A stretch of DNA of 64,000 bases from an uncultured delta proteobacterium (GTDB taxonomy: Bacteria; Desulfobacterota; Binatia; UBA9968): positions 160,001-224,000 of the forward strand of contig CAVWLW010000033.1 in NCBI GenBank assembly GCA_963755715.1, given 5' to 3'. Positions 19,930-29,976 of this stretch are shown piece by piece. The translations under genes and the position numbers were made by a program. Under the pieces are notes generated by a model. That model did not search any database. It was not told the origin of the DNA and saw only the letters and a program-made list of their open reading frames with translations. Each line of letters starts with the position of its first letter. The stretch's first letter is position 1.

Positions 19930-21453
19930 TTATTTTTTTACCGCCATGTCGATGGCGTACATACGCGCGTCCGGCAGCGGCTTGTAATCGACCCGCGCAT
20001 TCAGGCCCCAGAGGAGCTTGTGGCGCCACAGGAAGCAAGCCGGCGCATCCTCCGTCAAGATGCTCATCGCTTGCGATAAATACTGGCGCCGCTTTTTGGG
20101 ATCGAACTCCTGCTGTTCCTTGTCGAGCAGCTCGTCGAGCTTGGGATTAGCGTAGCCGATGCGCGGCGTTTCGCCGCTGTGAAAATATTGATGCAACGCG
20201 CCGCTCGGGTCTTGGACCGAGCCACGGCCCATGTAATAGAACGGTATCGTGCCTTTCTGCACGTTGGCCCAAAGCGTCGCCCACTCCGGCGTGAGCAGCT
20301 TGGCGCGGAATCCGGCGCCGTTGAGCATCGGAATCATCGCTTCGGTCAATTGCTTGTCCAGCGTGTAACGCCCGACCGGAGTCTGCAACTCGACGTCGAC
20401 GCCGTTCGGATAGCCCGCTTGCGCGAGCAGTTTTTTCGATTTCTCCGGATCGAAGCTCATCTTCGGCTTCAGATTCGGATCGAAGCCATATTGGCCCTCG
20501 CCGATCGGGCCGTCGAGGCGGCTGGCGGAGCCTTCGAGCAGCGTCGCAATAATTTGGTCGCGATTGATCGCGTGGCAAACCGCTTGGCGCACTTCTTTTT
20601 TGTCAAAGGGCGGTTTGGGCTGCATCGCCAGAAACATGATCTCCACCGAGTCGGTCGGCACGATGCGCAACTTGTTATTTTTCTCGACCCGCTGGCGCAT
20701 GTGGGGCGGAATGAACTGGGCGATTTGAATCTCGTCATTCAATAAAGCCGTGACACGCTGCTCGGGCTCGCGCATGATGCGGTAGACGACTTCGTCCGGC
20801 GCGCGCGGATTTTTCTTGGCATCGGGATGATCGGGCCGTTTCTGCAGCACCAGCCGTTGCCCGGGTATCAATTCCTTCAGTTGGTATGGCCCGCCGCCCA
20901 TCATGTGATCTTTGTCGGCGGCGTCCCGGCCATATTTGTCGAAAGCGGCTTTGCTGGTGACGATGAGTCGGTCGCAGAGAAACGACAGCAGCGGCGCGGT
21001 GGGCTTGTCGGTGGTGATCTTGACGGTGAATTTATCGACCGCTTCGGCTTTGACCACCGAAGGCGCGACGGAAGCTTTCTGTTTCGATTGCGGATCGCCG
21101 ATCACGCGGTTCATTATCGAATGGACGACGTCCTCGGCGGTCACCGTCGTGCCGTCGTTAAATTTGTAGTTCTTGCTCAGATAGAAATTCCACGTGGTCG
21201 GGTTTTCGACTTTCCAGCGCTCGGCGAGGCGGCCCTCGAAATCACCCTTCGCATAATTGTAGGTACAGAAGGGGCCGGTGACCTCGCTAAAAATTCCGTA
21301 AAGCAACGACACGCTGTCGCCGTAGGGGTTGTGGGTTTCGATGGTTTCCGTGACGCCGATCGAGACGCGGGTCTGGGCTTCTGCTCCAAGACCGCTGCTT
21401 AGGACCCAAGCAATTGCCGCAAATAGCGTCAGGTAATTTCGCATGCTTTTCAT
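19930..21453 (-). CDS. Family 5 (DppA/OppA) ABC substrate-binding protein
   Basis: Signal peptide; LAERW, FNDGTTVTAEDV, GPYQL, VRQAVCHAINR. Confidence 0.92.
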   Translation of the reverse strand: MKSMRNYLTLFAAIAWVLSSGLGAEAQTRVSIGVTETIETHNPYGDSVSLLYGIFSEVTGPFCTYNYAKGDFEGRLAERWKVENPTTWNFYLSKNYKFNDGTTVTAEDVVHSIMNRVIGDPQSKQKASVAPSVVKAEAVDKFTVKITTDKPTAPLLSFLCDRLIVTSKAAFDKYGRDAADKDHMMGGGPYQLKELIPGQRLVLQKRPDHPDAKKNPRAPDEVVYRIMREPEQRVTALLNDEIQIAQFIPPHMRQRVEKNNKLRIVPTDSVEIMFLAMQPKPPFDKKEVRQAVCHAINRDQIIATLLEGSASRLDGPIGEGQYGFDPNLKPKMSFDPEKSKKLLAQAGYPNGVDVELQTPVGRYTLDKQLTEAMIPMLNGAGFRAKLLTPEWATLWANVQKGTIPFYYMGRGSVQDPSGALHQYFHSGETPRIGYANPKLDELLDKEQQEFDPKKRRQYLSQAMSILTEDAPACFLWRHKLLWGLNARVDYKPLPDARMYAIDMAVKK

Positions 21454-21651
21454 GGGTTATCCTCCGCTGAAACCGATCGATTCGGGCGATCGATGCGAAA
21501 TCATTTACAGCACCGGCACTTCTTGTCAAGCCGGGAAAAACGAAATCCCCGCGGCGGTTTTGCGGTTGACACGAGGAAAGCTTAGGGACTAAGCGTTACA
21601 CAGCCAACAAGAAAACGCTGCTCATTATTATGAGCTGGCGAGGAGCGAGCC

Positions 21652-22803
21652 ATGGCAAAGAACGGTTACAAAATTCTCGATAGCGATATGCACGTGTTCG
21701 AGCCCCATGATCTCTATCTCAAATATATGAATCCGAAGTGGAGCGATCGGATTCCGCGCGGGCAACCGAGAACCACCCACGGCCAGATAAAATTCACCTT
21801 TGCAGACGGCAAGCCGATCCGCGCCTCCGGCACTCAAGTGCTTGCGGCAACCTCACCGAAACAGAATTCAGCGGAAAGTTCGCCGGGCGAAATGGAGGTC
21901 GCGCATCGCTACGCGAAGCCGCTGGCGCGTCATTACGATGCTCGGTCGCAATTGGAGGCGATGGACGAAGAGGGTTTGGACGTGGCAGTTTTATTTCGGA
22001 CCTTTCCGCTTCATTGCGATGATAGGCTGGAAGCGGAATACGCCAATGATCTTTGCCGGGCGTGGAACGATTGGATGGCGGATTTTTGCAAAGCCGATCC
22101 TACGCGGCTGCGCCCTTCGGCGCTCATCACGCTGCACGATATCGATCTCGCGATCGACGAAGCGCGCCGGGCGGTCACGGAACTCGGCGCGATCGGCCTG
22201 TGCTTGGTGCCGGAACCGATCAACGGACGCCACATTCATGATCGGTACTACGACCCGCTTTGGCGCGAAGCGGAAAAATTGGCCGCGCCGATCTGCTTTC
22301 ATCCGGCGGCAAGCCCCAATCAAGATCAAGCCGTGCACCGTTTCAAAGGGCACAGCAATGAAGCGGTGCTGATCAACGCTTTTCGCAATCCGGTGGAGCT
22401 GATGTTCGCGCTCGGCAGCTTTTGCGCCGGCGGGGTGCTCGAGCGCTTTCCTAATTTGCGGATTGCGTTTCTCGAAGGCAACTGCAGCTGGCTGCCTTGG
22501 GCGCTGTATCGCTTGGACGAGCGCTGGGAAATGCGCAAAGGCTACTGCAACGAACCGATGAGTTTGCGGCCGAGCGACTACTTTTTGCGCCAGTGTTTCA
22601 TTTCCGTCGACGTGGAAGAAGACTTGGTTCTCGATGTGATCCGGCGCATCGGCGACGACAACGTGGTGATCTCGACGGACTATCCACACGCCGACTCGCA
22701 CTGGCCCAATGCGCTGAATCACTTCTTGGCCGTGGAGATACCGAGCGACGCGAGGAGAAAAATTCTGTGGGACAATTGCGCGCGCCTTTACGGAGTCGAA
22801 TAA
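21652..22803 (+). CDS. Amidohydrolase_2 family protein (LigW/ACMSD-like)
   Basis: DSDMHVFEP, FHP, ERFPNLRIAFLE, STDYPHAD, ILWDN.ARLY. Confidence 0.9.
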   Translation: MAKNGYKILDSDMHVFEPHDLYLKYMNPKWSDRIPRGQPRTTHGQIKFTFADGKPIRASGTQVLAATSPKQNSAESSPGEMEVAHRYAKPLARHYDARSQLEAMDEEGLDVAVLFRTFPLHCDDRLEAEYANDLCRAWNDWMADFCKADPTRLRPSALITLHDIDLAIDEARRAVTELGAIGLCLVPEPINGRHIHDRYYDPLWREAEKLAAPICFHPAASPNQDQAVHRFKGHSNEAVLINAFRNPVELMFALGSFCAGGVLERFPNLRIAFLEGNCSWLPWALYRLDERWEMRKGYCNEPMSLRPSDYFLRQCFISVDVEEDLVLDVIRRIGDDNVVISTDYPHADSHWPNALNHFLAVEIPSDARRKILWDNCARLYGVE

Positions 22804-22974
22804 AGACAATTTAGCGCCAGAGAACCTAGCGCGGGAAAGCCGCAACCAAAATGACAAGACGGATTAGGTGCTGTAAGTGGGAGTCATGACAACGACTCTC
22901 AAGACATCGCGAATAAATAGCGCAAGTTTTTGTTCAGCGACATCAGTCCGATGTTGAGGGTAGGGCACGGCTGG

Positions 22975-23510
22975 GATTGGCTTTGACTCGAGGGGCCCAA
23001 CAACAGCTTGCGCGCCCGCGCCAGTCGCGACATGACCGTCCTCATGGGGATGTCGGCGATCGCGGCGATTTCCTTATAAGAAGAATCTTCCAGTTCGCGC
23101 AGCACCATGACTTCGCGAAACTCCACCGGCAATCGATCCAAGGCGCGGTTGATCAGTTCTTGATCGGCGTGGCGCAATACCGCCCCAGAGGTCGACGGCC
23201 GGGCTGTTTTTCGCCGACGAGCTATGCGCTTCTTCGTCGTAATTCGTTTGGCAAATTCTCCACTTTTGCGTTTTGTAACCAAGTGTAACAAGTGTTGCGC
23301 CCAATCGTCAGGAGCCAGGCGCGCGCGTCGTTGCCGTGAAATCCATCAAAAACTTAAATGCGCGCAAGCGCACGCTCCTGCACCAGATTTTCCGCAGTTT
23401 CGGAGTGACGGGTAAGCCGGCGCGCAAGATTGCAAGCGGGGCTGAGGCGCGGCAGCACGACATTCTCAAAACGGGAGAGCGTTCTCAGCTGCTTTTCGGC
23501 TGCGCCACAT
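22975..23510 (-). pseudogene. Decayed ECF sigma factor
   Basis: Fragments across frames: RFENVVLPRLSPACNLARRLT..AENLVQE, RAFKF/DGFHGNDARAWLLTIGRNTCYTWL (region 2), LPVEFREVMVLRELED.SYKEIA.IADIP.RTVMSRLARAR (region 4); several indels and substitutions. Confidence 0.8.
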
Positions 23511-23517
23511 TTCTATA

Positions 23518-23594
23518 AGACCGATCGCCGCACGATTTTATTCCCGACGGCAAAATCTAAAAATTTGGGAATAAAGTAGTCACGAAATGAGTTC
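23518..23594. promoter_or_regulatory. Divergent pair of putative ECF promoters, GGGAATAAA-N15-GT(T/C)
   Basis: Plus: GGGAATAAA 23567-23575, 15 nt, GTTC. Minus: GGGAATAAA 23545-23537, 15 nt, GTCT. Confidence 0.7.
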
Positions 23595-23665
23595 TCCTTG
23601 GCGAGAGCAAAATGCAATCTCGCTGCGCTGTTTACCAATTTCAGGCAACAAACAAGGAGGGTTCC

Positions 23666-24664
23666 ATGTTCACTAGATCAAGATACGTACTGCGCGGGCT
23701 TTCAAGCGCCGCCGCTATTTTATCCGCTCTGGCGGCAACTGCTGCTTTCGCCGCCGGCCCGAAGGCCTACGTCGGCAATTTCAAAGACAATACGGTGAGC
23801 GTGATCGATACCGAGGCCGGCAAGGTCGTCGCGACCGTTCCGGTCGCCGCCGGGCCGCACGGCATGGCGATCACGCAGGACGGCCGCACCGTCTACGTAA
23901 GCGGCGACGGCTCTTCGTCGGTTGACGTTATCGATACGGCCACCGACAAAGTCGTCAAGACGATCAACGTCGGCAAGGCGCCGAACGGCGTGGCGCTCAC
24001 GCCTGATGACCGGTTGCTGGTGGTCACGGTCTACGGCGAGGACCGTATCGCCTTCATCGATACCTCGACGCAAACCGTGGTTGCCAACATGGCGGTGCCC
24101 AAACCGCATACTGTCGCGATCAGCCCCAACGGCAAGCTCGCGTACGTCACGGTGCAGGAACCGGGTCACTTCCGTCTCGCCCTCATCGACATCGCTACGC
24201 GGAGTCTGGTTCGCGCCTTGGATCTCGACAAGACGCCGCGCGACGGAGAGTTCGGTTACGACGGCAAGTCGTTCTACTTTACTCAGGCCGGAGTCAGCTC
24301 GGTCCAGGTTCTGGATCCGGCCTCCGACAGGATGGTTGCAGAGATTCCGACAGGCGTATCGCCTCATTTCGTCAGTTATCCGCGCGGCTCGGCGTTCGGT
24401 ATCGTCGTCGTGCAGGGGCCTAGCGAGCTGCTCTTGTTCGACCCGGCGACGAACAAGCCAGCGCGCAGCATCGCGGTCGGCAAACAGCCGCACTGGGCGA
24501 CCGCGTCCGGCGACGGCAAAAAGGCCTACGTGACCAATGAGGGCTCGAACGATTTCACCGTCGTCGATCTCGCGACCGGTCAGACGACAACCATTGCCGT
24601 AGGCAACGCACCGCGCAAGGTAGTAGTCCAGCGAACCGCGGCGAGTGCAGGGAAGGGAATGTAG
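23666..24664 (+). CDS. Secreted YVTN/YncE-like beta-propeller protein
   Basis: Signal peptide; repeats such as TVSVIDT, VYVSG..SSSVDVIDTAT, AYVTNEGSN; RBS AGGAGG. Confidence 0.9.
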   Translation: MFTRSRYVLRGLSSAAAILSALAATAAFAAGPKAYVGNFKDNTVSVIDTEAGKVVATVPVAAGPHGMAITQDGRTVYVSGDGSSSVDVIDTATDKVVKTINVGKAPNGVALTPDDRLLVVTVYGEDRIAFIDTSTQTVVANMAVPKPHTVAISPNGKLAYVTVQEPGHFRLALIDIATRSLVRALDLDKTPRDGEFGYDGKSFYFTQAGVSSVQVLDPASDRMVAEIPTGVSPHFVSYPRGSAFGIVVVQGPSELLLFDPATNKPARSIAVGKQPHWATASGDGKKAYVTNEGSNDFTVVDLATGQTTTIAVGNAPRKVVVQRTAASAGKGM

Positions 24665-24665
24665 G

Positions 24666-25064
24666 ATGACAACCTACCATAAACAAATTAGCAGCAATTC
24701 GTCGAGGCTGCTCGCCATGGTCGGTGGCCTCTTGATCAGTGTATTCGTGCTCGGTGTCTGTACACAAATGGTGCAGTCGGTATTCGCCGCCCCGGCGGCC
24801 CCGGTGAAGGGTGGCGCCAAGGTCTCGATCGCTAACTTTGCGTTCACGCCGGGAGAGATCACGATCGCTCCCGGCGAGACCGTGACGTGGACCAATGACG
24901 ACGGCGCGCCGCACGGGCTGGAATACAACGACGGCGCAAAAGGCGTGGACCCTTTGCTGCCGGGATCGAGCTTTACTCGTCGGTTCGATCAACCCGGCAC
25001 TTACGAATACAATTGCTCGGTGCATCCTTATATGACGGGCCGCGTGGTCGTGCGGGTCCAGTGA
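24666..25064 (+). CDS. Cupredoxin (amicyanin/plastocyanin-like type-1 copper protein)
   Basis: VTWTN.D.APH and YNCSVHPYMTG supply His/Cys/His/Met ligands; N-terminal hydrophobic export signal. Confidence 0.9.
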   Translation: MTTYHKQISSNSSRLLAMVGGLLISVFVLGVCTQMVQSVFAAPAAPVKGGAKVSIANFAFTPGEITIAPGETVTWTNDDGAPHGLEYNDGAKGVDPLLPGSSFTRRFDQPGTYEYNCSVHPYMTGRVVVRVQ

Positions 25065-25109
25065 TGCGTGGAGTTGCAGGGTTATCACGTGGCGAGAATC
25101 TCCTTGCTA

Positions 25110-25570
25110 AATTTGAGAGATCTCATCGCGAACTGATAGATATTTTCCACGTAATCGCTTTTTTGAGGTAGTCGCGCATGATCGCCAGCGATTCAGGTTT
25201 GTTGGTTTTCAGAAACTTCAGTCCCTTCAGCGTAGCCCGGACGACTCGTTAGATTTGCTCCGGGTTGCGCTGAATCTTGTCCGTGTTGACGGCGAAGCCG
25301 CCGAGACGCAGGTTCGCGACGTCGCCGAGGTAAAGGAGATTATTAAAGCCGAGTTTTTCGGTTCGCTGAATGTAAGCCACATCCAGCGGCGTCGCATCGA
25401 CAATACCCGCCGCCAACGCCGCCAATCTGTGTCCCCCGAGCCGCCGAGAGCAAGCATAGTGAATTTTTTTCCGGATTCCGTAAGTCAGCACAGTGAAACC
25501 ATCTTCACTTGCCTGAACAAGGACGAAATCGTATGTTGACCGCCGTCAATGATCTTTTGCTCGGATCGGC
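25110..25570 (-). pseudogene. Remnant of an NMT1-family substrate-binding protein
   Basis: RLAALAAGIVDAT...LGFNNLLYLGD...NPEQI*RVVRATLKGLKFLKTNKPESLAIM; in-frame TAA, frameshifts, both ends missing. Confidence 0.72.
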
Positions 25571-25617
25571 GTTGACATTATCTAATCAAGGGACTCTCGT
25601 CGCTTGGCGGAGGGTTG

Positions 25618-26616
25618 ATGAAAGTTTTTCGGGGAATTTTGTTCGGGCCGTTTATCGCTGTTTTTCTCGGCGTTTTTGCAAGCCCTGCACCGGCGCAGGA
25701 AAAAATCAGACTTGCGCACAGCGCCTTGGAGAGCAGCAATTCGGTCTGGTACGTTGCTAAGGACCGGGGTTTGTACAAGAAAAACGGCTTGGATGCCGAT
25801 CTGCTTTTCATCCCGAGCACGACGACCAGCGTATCGAGCCTCGTGGCGGGCGACGTACAGGTTGCCAACGCGTCAGGCGGCGGCGTGGCGAGCGCCGTGG
25901 TTGCCGGCGCGGATCTTGTCATGGTGGCCTGCTATCTCAATTCGCTACCCTATGAATTGGTTGTGCACGAGAGCGTAAAATCAGCCGAGGATCTCAAAGG
26001 CAAAAGCGTTGGCATCAGCCGGGTCGGCAGCGCATCGGACGTTGCGGCGCGCGCACTGCTTCGCGGATTGGGGCTCGAACCCGACAAGCAGGTGCCGATC
26101 CTGCAGGTCGGTGGTCCGGCCGAGCGGGCCGCATCGTTTCGGAGCGGCAGGATCGCCGGGTTTCCATCGCCTCCGGGCATCATTCATCTGACCAAAGGTT
26201 TTCCGTTTCGGATTTTGATCAGCACCGCGGATTTTCAGAAGCGGTTCGAATTTCCCTATATTTGCGCCACCACGACGAAGAGTTTTTTGGCGCGCCAAAG
26301 AGAGACAGTGAAGAAAGTCCTCATGGCGCACATCGAGGCGATGCAGTTTTTCAAAACTCATAAGGATGAGAGCAAAAAGTTTATCGCCAAATACAGCCGG
26401 ATAAATAACGAAGACTACCTGGAGGCCGCTTACACTGCGAGCGCGAAACTTTACGATGTGGTGCCGCTGGTAACGCGCCCGGGCGTAGAGATCCAGATCA
26501 AGGAAGCAACGGCGCGCAAGCCCGGCGCACAGCTTCGGTTTGAAGACATGGTCGATGAAAGTATCGTGCGCGAATTGGAAAAGAGCGGCTTTATCGACAA
26601 AGTGTACAAACAATGA
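25618..26616 (+). CDS. NMT1/SsuA-family ABC substrate-binding protein
   Basis: Signal peptide APA-QE; VAKDRGLYKKNGLD, DLKGKSVGISRVGS. Confidence 0.88.
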   Translation: MKVFRGILFGPFIAVFLGVFASPAPAQEKIRLAHSALESSNSVWYVAKDRGLYKKNGLDADLLFIPSTTTSVSSLVAGDVQVANASGGGVASAVVAGADLVMVACYLNSLPYELVVHESVKSAEDLKGKSVGISRVGSASDVAARALLRGLGLEPDKQVPILQVGGPAERAASFRSGRIAGFPSPPGIIHLTKGFPFRILISTADFQKRFEFPYICATTTKSFLARQRETVKKVLMAHIEAMQFFKTHKDESKKFIAKYSRINNEDYLEAAYTASAKLYDVVPLVTRPGVEIQIKEATARKPGAQLRFEDMVDESIVRELEKSGFIDKVYKQ

Positions 26617-26739
26617 CGGCACGGGTTTCACTGTCTAGTCCACCGCCGGATGGCTAAACGCGAGCTGGATGGACAGAGAATTCTTTTTGACAGGCGCCAT
26701 AGAGCTGCTATAGCTGGCGGCGAAAAGGAGCGATTCGCG

Positions 26740-27711
26740 ATGAAGCGAAGTTTGTCGGCGCTCGTGCTGATCGCGCTGATGCCGTCATGGGTCGTTGCCC
26801 AGGAGCGAATCAAGTTTCCCGTCGGGGTTTCCTCGAAAGTGCTCGGTTATGGCCATCTCTGGGCGGCGTGGCGGTTAAAATATTTCGAGCGCGAGGGGCT
26901 CGACGTCGACGTTGTCCTGATGCGCGGCACTGCTCCAGCGGTGCAGACCATGATCGCCGGATCGATCTTCGCGGGTCTTGTGGCCAACGATGGGCCGATC
27001 GCCGCGGTGGAGCAGGGAATGGACATCGCTATGGTCGCGAGCAGCAGCAAGCTGACTCACATGCTGATCGGCGGGAAGAACTACAAAACCTGGGAAGACC
27101 TTCGCGGCTCGACGATCGGCTCTTCGACCCTGACTTCCGGCACCGCATTTGTGCTGAGAAGAGCGTTAAAGGTAAAGGGGCTCGAATATCCGCGCGACTA
27201 CAAGCTGCTCAACGTCGGCGGAACGACTTCGGCGTTTGCGGCCATGAGCGCCGGGCAGATCGCCGCCGCCATGCTTGCCGTTCCCAACGCGTTTCAGGCG
27301 CAGGATGCGGGATTAAATCTGATCGGGCGTGTGGCGGATATCTTTCCCAACTATCTGCTCTCCGCCTACTCGGTCAGACGCTCTTGGGCGGAGAAGAATC
27401 GTCCGATCGTGGTGCGGTTTCTCAAAGCTGTGGTGCGGGCCAAAAAGTGGTTTGAGCAAGACAAAAAGGGTGCGACAGAGTTCTTGGCCAAAGAGTTTCA
27501 ACTAACCCCAAGTCTCGCCGAAAGAGGCCTCGACTACTATCTGACGCATCAGGCCTGGCATCCGGACCTCGAAATCGAGATGGACGGGCTTAGAACCGTC
27601 GTCGATATTTATGCCGAGCAGACCGGCATGAAGGGGCCGATTCCGAGCCCGGAAAAATATGTCGATCAAAGTTATCTTAGGCAAGCTCTGAAGGAGTTGG
27701 GTTTGCGCTGA
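26740..27711 (+). CDS. NMT1/SsuA-family ABC substrate-binding protein
   Basis: RBS AGGAG; signal peptide; YFEREGLDVDVV, DLRGSTIG. Confidence 0.88.
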   Translation: MKRSLSALVLIALMPSWVVAQERIKFPVGVSSKVLGYGHLWAAWRLKYFEREGLDVDVVLMRGTAPAVQTMIAGSIFAGLVANDGPIAAVEQGMDIAMVASSSKLTHMLIGGKNYKTWEDLRGSTIGSSTLTSGTAFVLRRALKVKGLEYPRDYKLLNVGGTTSAFAAMSAGQIAAAMLAVPNAFQAQDAGLNLIGRVADIFPNYLLSAYSVRRSWAEKNRPIVVRFLKAVVRAKKWFEQDKKGATEFLAKEFQLTPSLAERGLDYYLTHQAWHPDLEIEMDGLRTVVDIYAEQTGMKGPIPSPEKYVDQSYLRQALKELGLR

Positions 27712-27778
27712 ATGGCAGCCGCGCCGGCGTTGCAGCCAACGATGGGTGAATCGATAATGCGCGAAAGAGTGACAAGCC

Positions 27779-28876
27779 ATGAGCACTAAAGGTCGAGCCG
27801 CGATCTTCGTCGAGCCCAGGAAGCCGTTGGTCGTCGATGAAGTTGAATTTCCCGATCCCGGCGCAGATCAAGTGCTGGTAAAATTATTCTCCAGCGGGAT
27901 CTGTCACTCGCAGCTCCACACGATGGGACGCGCGCCACGTCCCGGCCGGCGTCTGCCGGCGTTGCTCGGTCATGAATCTACCGGCGTGGTGGTCGCCAGA
28001 GGTCGTGACGTGACTCATGTAAAGGAAGGCGATCACGTGATCACGACCTGGGTCGATCGGAATAATCAGACGACGCCGCAGCCGCTCGTGGATCATGCGC
28101 TCAACGAGCGGGAGCAATACACGGCGATGTGGCAAGGCCAAGTAGTTTCCCATTCTGCCGCAACATGGGCCGAATACGCTTTGGCCTCGGAGCGCGTGGT
28201 GCTATCGCTGCCCAACGATATGGCGACTGATGTGACGTCGATTATCGGCTGCGCGGTCATGACCGGCGCCGGCGCGATCATCAACACACTACAAGTGCGG
28301 CCCGGACAATCGGTGGCGCTTTTCGGGGCGGGCGGCATCGGCCTTTGCGCCATCGCCGCCGCCGCGATCGTCGACGCGCACCCAATTATCGCGGTGGACT
28401 TAAATCGCGACAAGCTCGAGTTTGCCCGGCATTTCGGCGCGACCCATACGATCAACGCAAATGAGGTCGATGCAGTTCAGGCGATCAAAGAACTCACCGG
28501 TGGCGGCGCCGACTACGCCATCGATGCGATCGGTTTACCCGCTACACAAGAGCAAATTCTCCGTGCCGTGCGCGCCGGCTATTCGGGCATGAATCGAGGC
28601 GGCACGGCGCTCCTCATTGGCATCACACCGCCGGACGCGAAGGCAAGTCTCGACACGAGCCTATTCGTTGGCAACCGTTCGTTTACCCGCACCAGCGGCG
28701 GCGATTGCCGGCCGGAGCGCGACTTTCCGATCTTTATTCGCTGGTACCGTGAAGGCAAGCTCAAGCTTGACGACCTGATTACGAACCGCTACCGCCTGGA
28801 CGAGATCAACACCGCGGTAGACGATCTGGAACACGGACGGATACTCGGCCGTGGTATCTTGACGTTCGCCGAGTGA
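27779..28876 (+). CDS. Zinc-dependent alcohol dehydrogenase (MDR family)
   Basis: GICHS, LGHESTG, GCAVMTG, FGAGGIG. Confidence 0.9.
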   Translation: MSTKGRAAIFVEPRKPLVVDEVEFPDPGADQVLVKLFSSGICHSQLHTMGRAPRPGRRLPALLGHESTGVVVARGRDVTHVKEGDHVITTWVDRNNQTTPQPLVDHALNEREQYTAMWQGQVVSHSAATWAEYALASERVVLSLPNDMATDVTSIIGCAVMTGAGAIINTLQVRPGQSVALFGAGGIGLCAIAAAAIVDAHPIIAVDLNRDKLEFARHFGATHTINANEVDAVQAIKELTGGGADYAIDAIGLPATQEQILRAVRAGYSGMNRGGTALLIGITPPDAKASLDTSLFVGNRSFTRTSGGDCRPERDFPIFIRWYREGKLKLDDLITNRYRLDEINTAVDDLEHGRILGRGILTFAE

Positions 28877-28967
28877 ATGCACTGTGCGAAATAGTCATCG
28901 CGCTCGGCTGCTCAGATGAGCGGCGCTCAGGATCGCAACACCAAATTCGAGAGAGAAACTACCTTCC

Positions 28968-29942
28968 ATGACGACAAAGTCACCCGTTGAAAATCGCACC
29001 GTTGGCCGCGACACCATCCGCTCGCGGCTGGTTTTAGAGATCGCCTCCGAAATAGTCGATCAGCCGGGCTGGCCGCACCGCCAGGCGCAGGTGAGCTTGC
29101 GTCCGCAGGGCGCGGACGGATGGGCCGTCAACATGATCGCGAGCGATGGGCCGGCTGCGATCGCGCAGGTCGCTGGCGGCGCCATGCAGCTTGCGATCAG
29201 CAATCCCGCCGGATTTCTCGCGCTAGCGGTGCGCGGCACCGGACCGTTTACGACGCCGATCGCGCTGCGCGCGATCACGGTCATTCCTTCGCTCGACCAG
29301 CTCGCTTTCGCCGTCACGGAGCGGACCGGCCTGAAGTCGCTGCGCGAGATTCGCGAGCGTCGGTTGCCGCTGCGCGTTTCGCTGCGCGGGCAGCGAGACC
29401 ACGCGCTCCATCCGGTCGTCAATGAAGTTTTCAGGGCTGCGGGATTTTCGTTGGACGATATCGTTTCCTGGGGCGGGCAGGTGCGCTACGACGAAGGCCT
29501 GCCGCAAAACGACAACCGCCTCGGCGCGGTGGCGCGCGGCGAAGTCGACATGGTGATCGACGAAGCGGTGCGCGGTTGGATCAACTCGGCGGCGGGAAGC
29601 GGCATGCGCGCGCTGCCGCTCGAGGAGACGATGCTCGCCCGGCTCGAAGCGATGGGCCTTCGCCGCGCGGTGATTCTAAAATCGCGATATCCGAACTTGC
29701 CCGGGGACGTGCCGGCGCTCGACTTCAGCGGTTTCGCGGTTTACACCCACGCCGACGTCGCCGACGAAATCGTCGGCGCGATCTGCGCCGCTCTCGAAGC
29801 ACGCAAGGACAAAATTATATGGCAGGAGCCGGGACCGCTGCCGCTGGAGCGCATGTGCCGCGACACGCCGGACGGTCCGCTGACAATTCCTTTGCATCCG
29901 GCGGCGGAACGTTTTTGGCGCGCTCGCGGCTATCTCGATTGA
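28968..29942 (+). CDS. TAXI-like solute receptor without an evident signal peptide
   Basis: C-terminal IPLHPAAERFWRARGYL; GLKSLREI; LAFAV. Confidence 0.65.
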   Translation: MTTKSPVENRTVGRDTIRSRLVLEIASEIVDQPGWPHRQAQVSLRPQGADGWAVNMIASDGPAAIAQVAGGAMQLAISNPAGFLALAVRGTGPFTTPIALRAITVIPSLDQLAFAVTERTGLKSLREIRERRLPLRVSLRGQRDHALHPVVNEVFRAAGFSLDDIVSWGGQVRYDEGLPQNDNRLGAVARGEVDMVIDEAVRGWINSAAGSGMRALPLEETMLARLEAMGLRRAVILKSRYPNLPGDVPALDFSGFAVYTHADVADEIVGAICAALEARKDKIIWQEPGPLPLERMCRDTPDGPLTIPLHPAAERFWRARGYLD

Positions 29943-29976
29943 AATTTTCTTTCAAAACGGCGACGCCGATTGCAGA

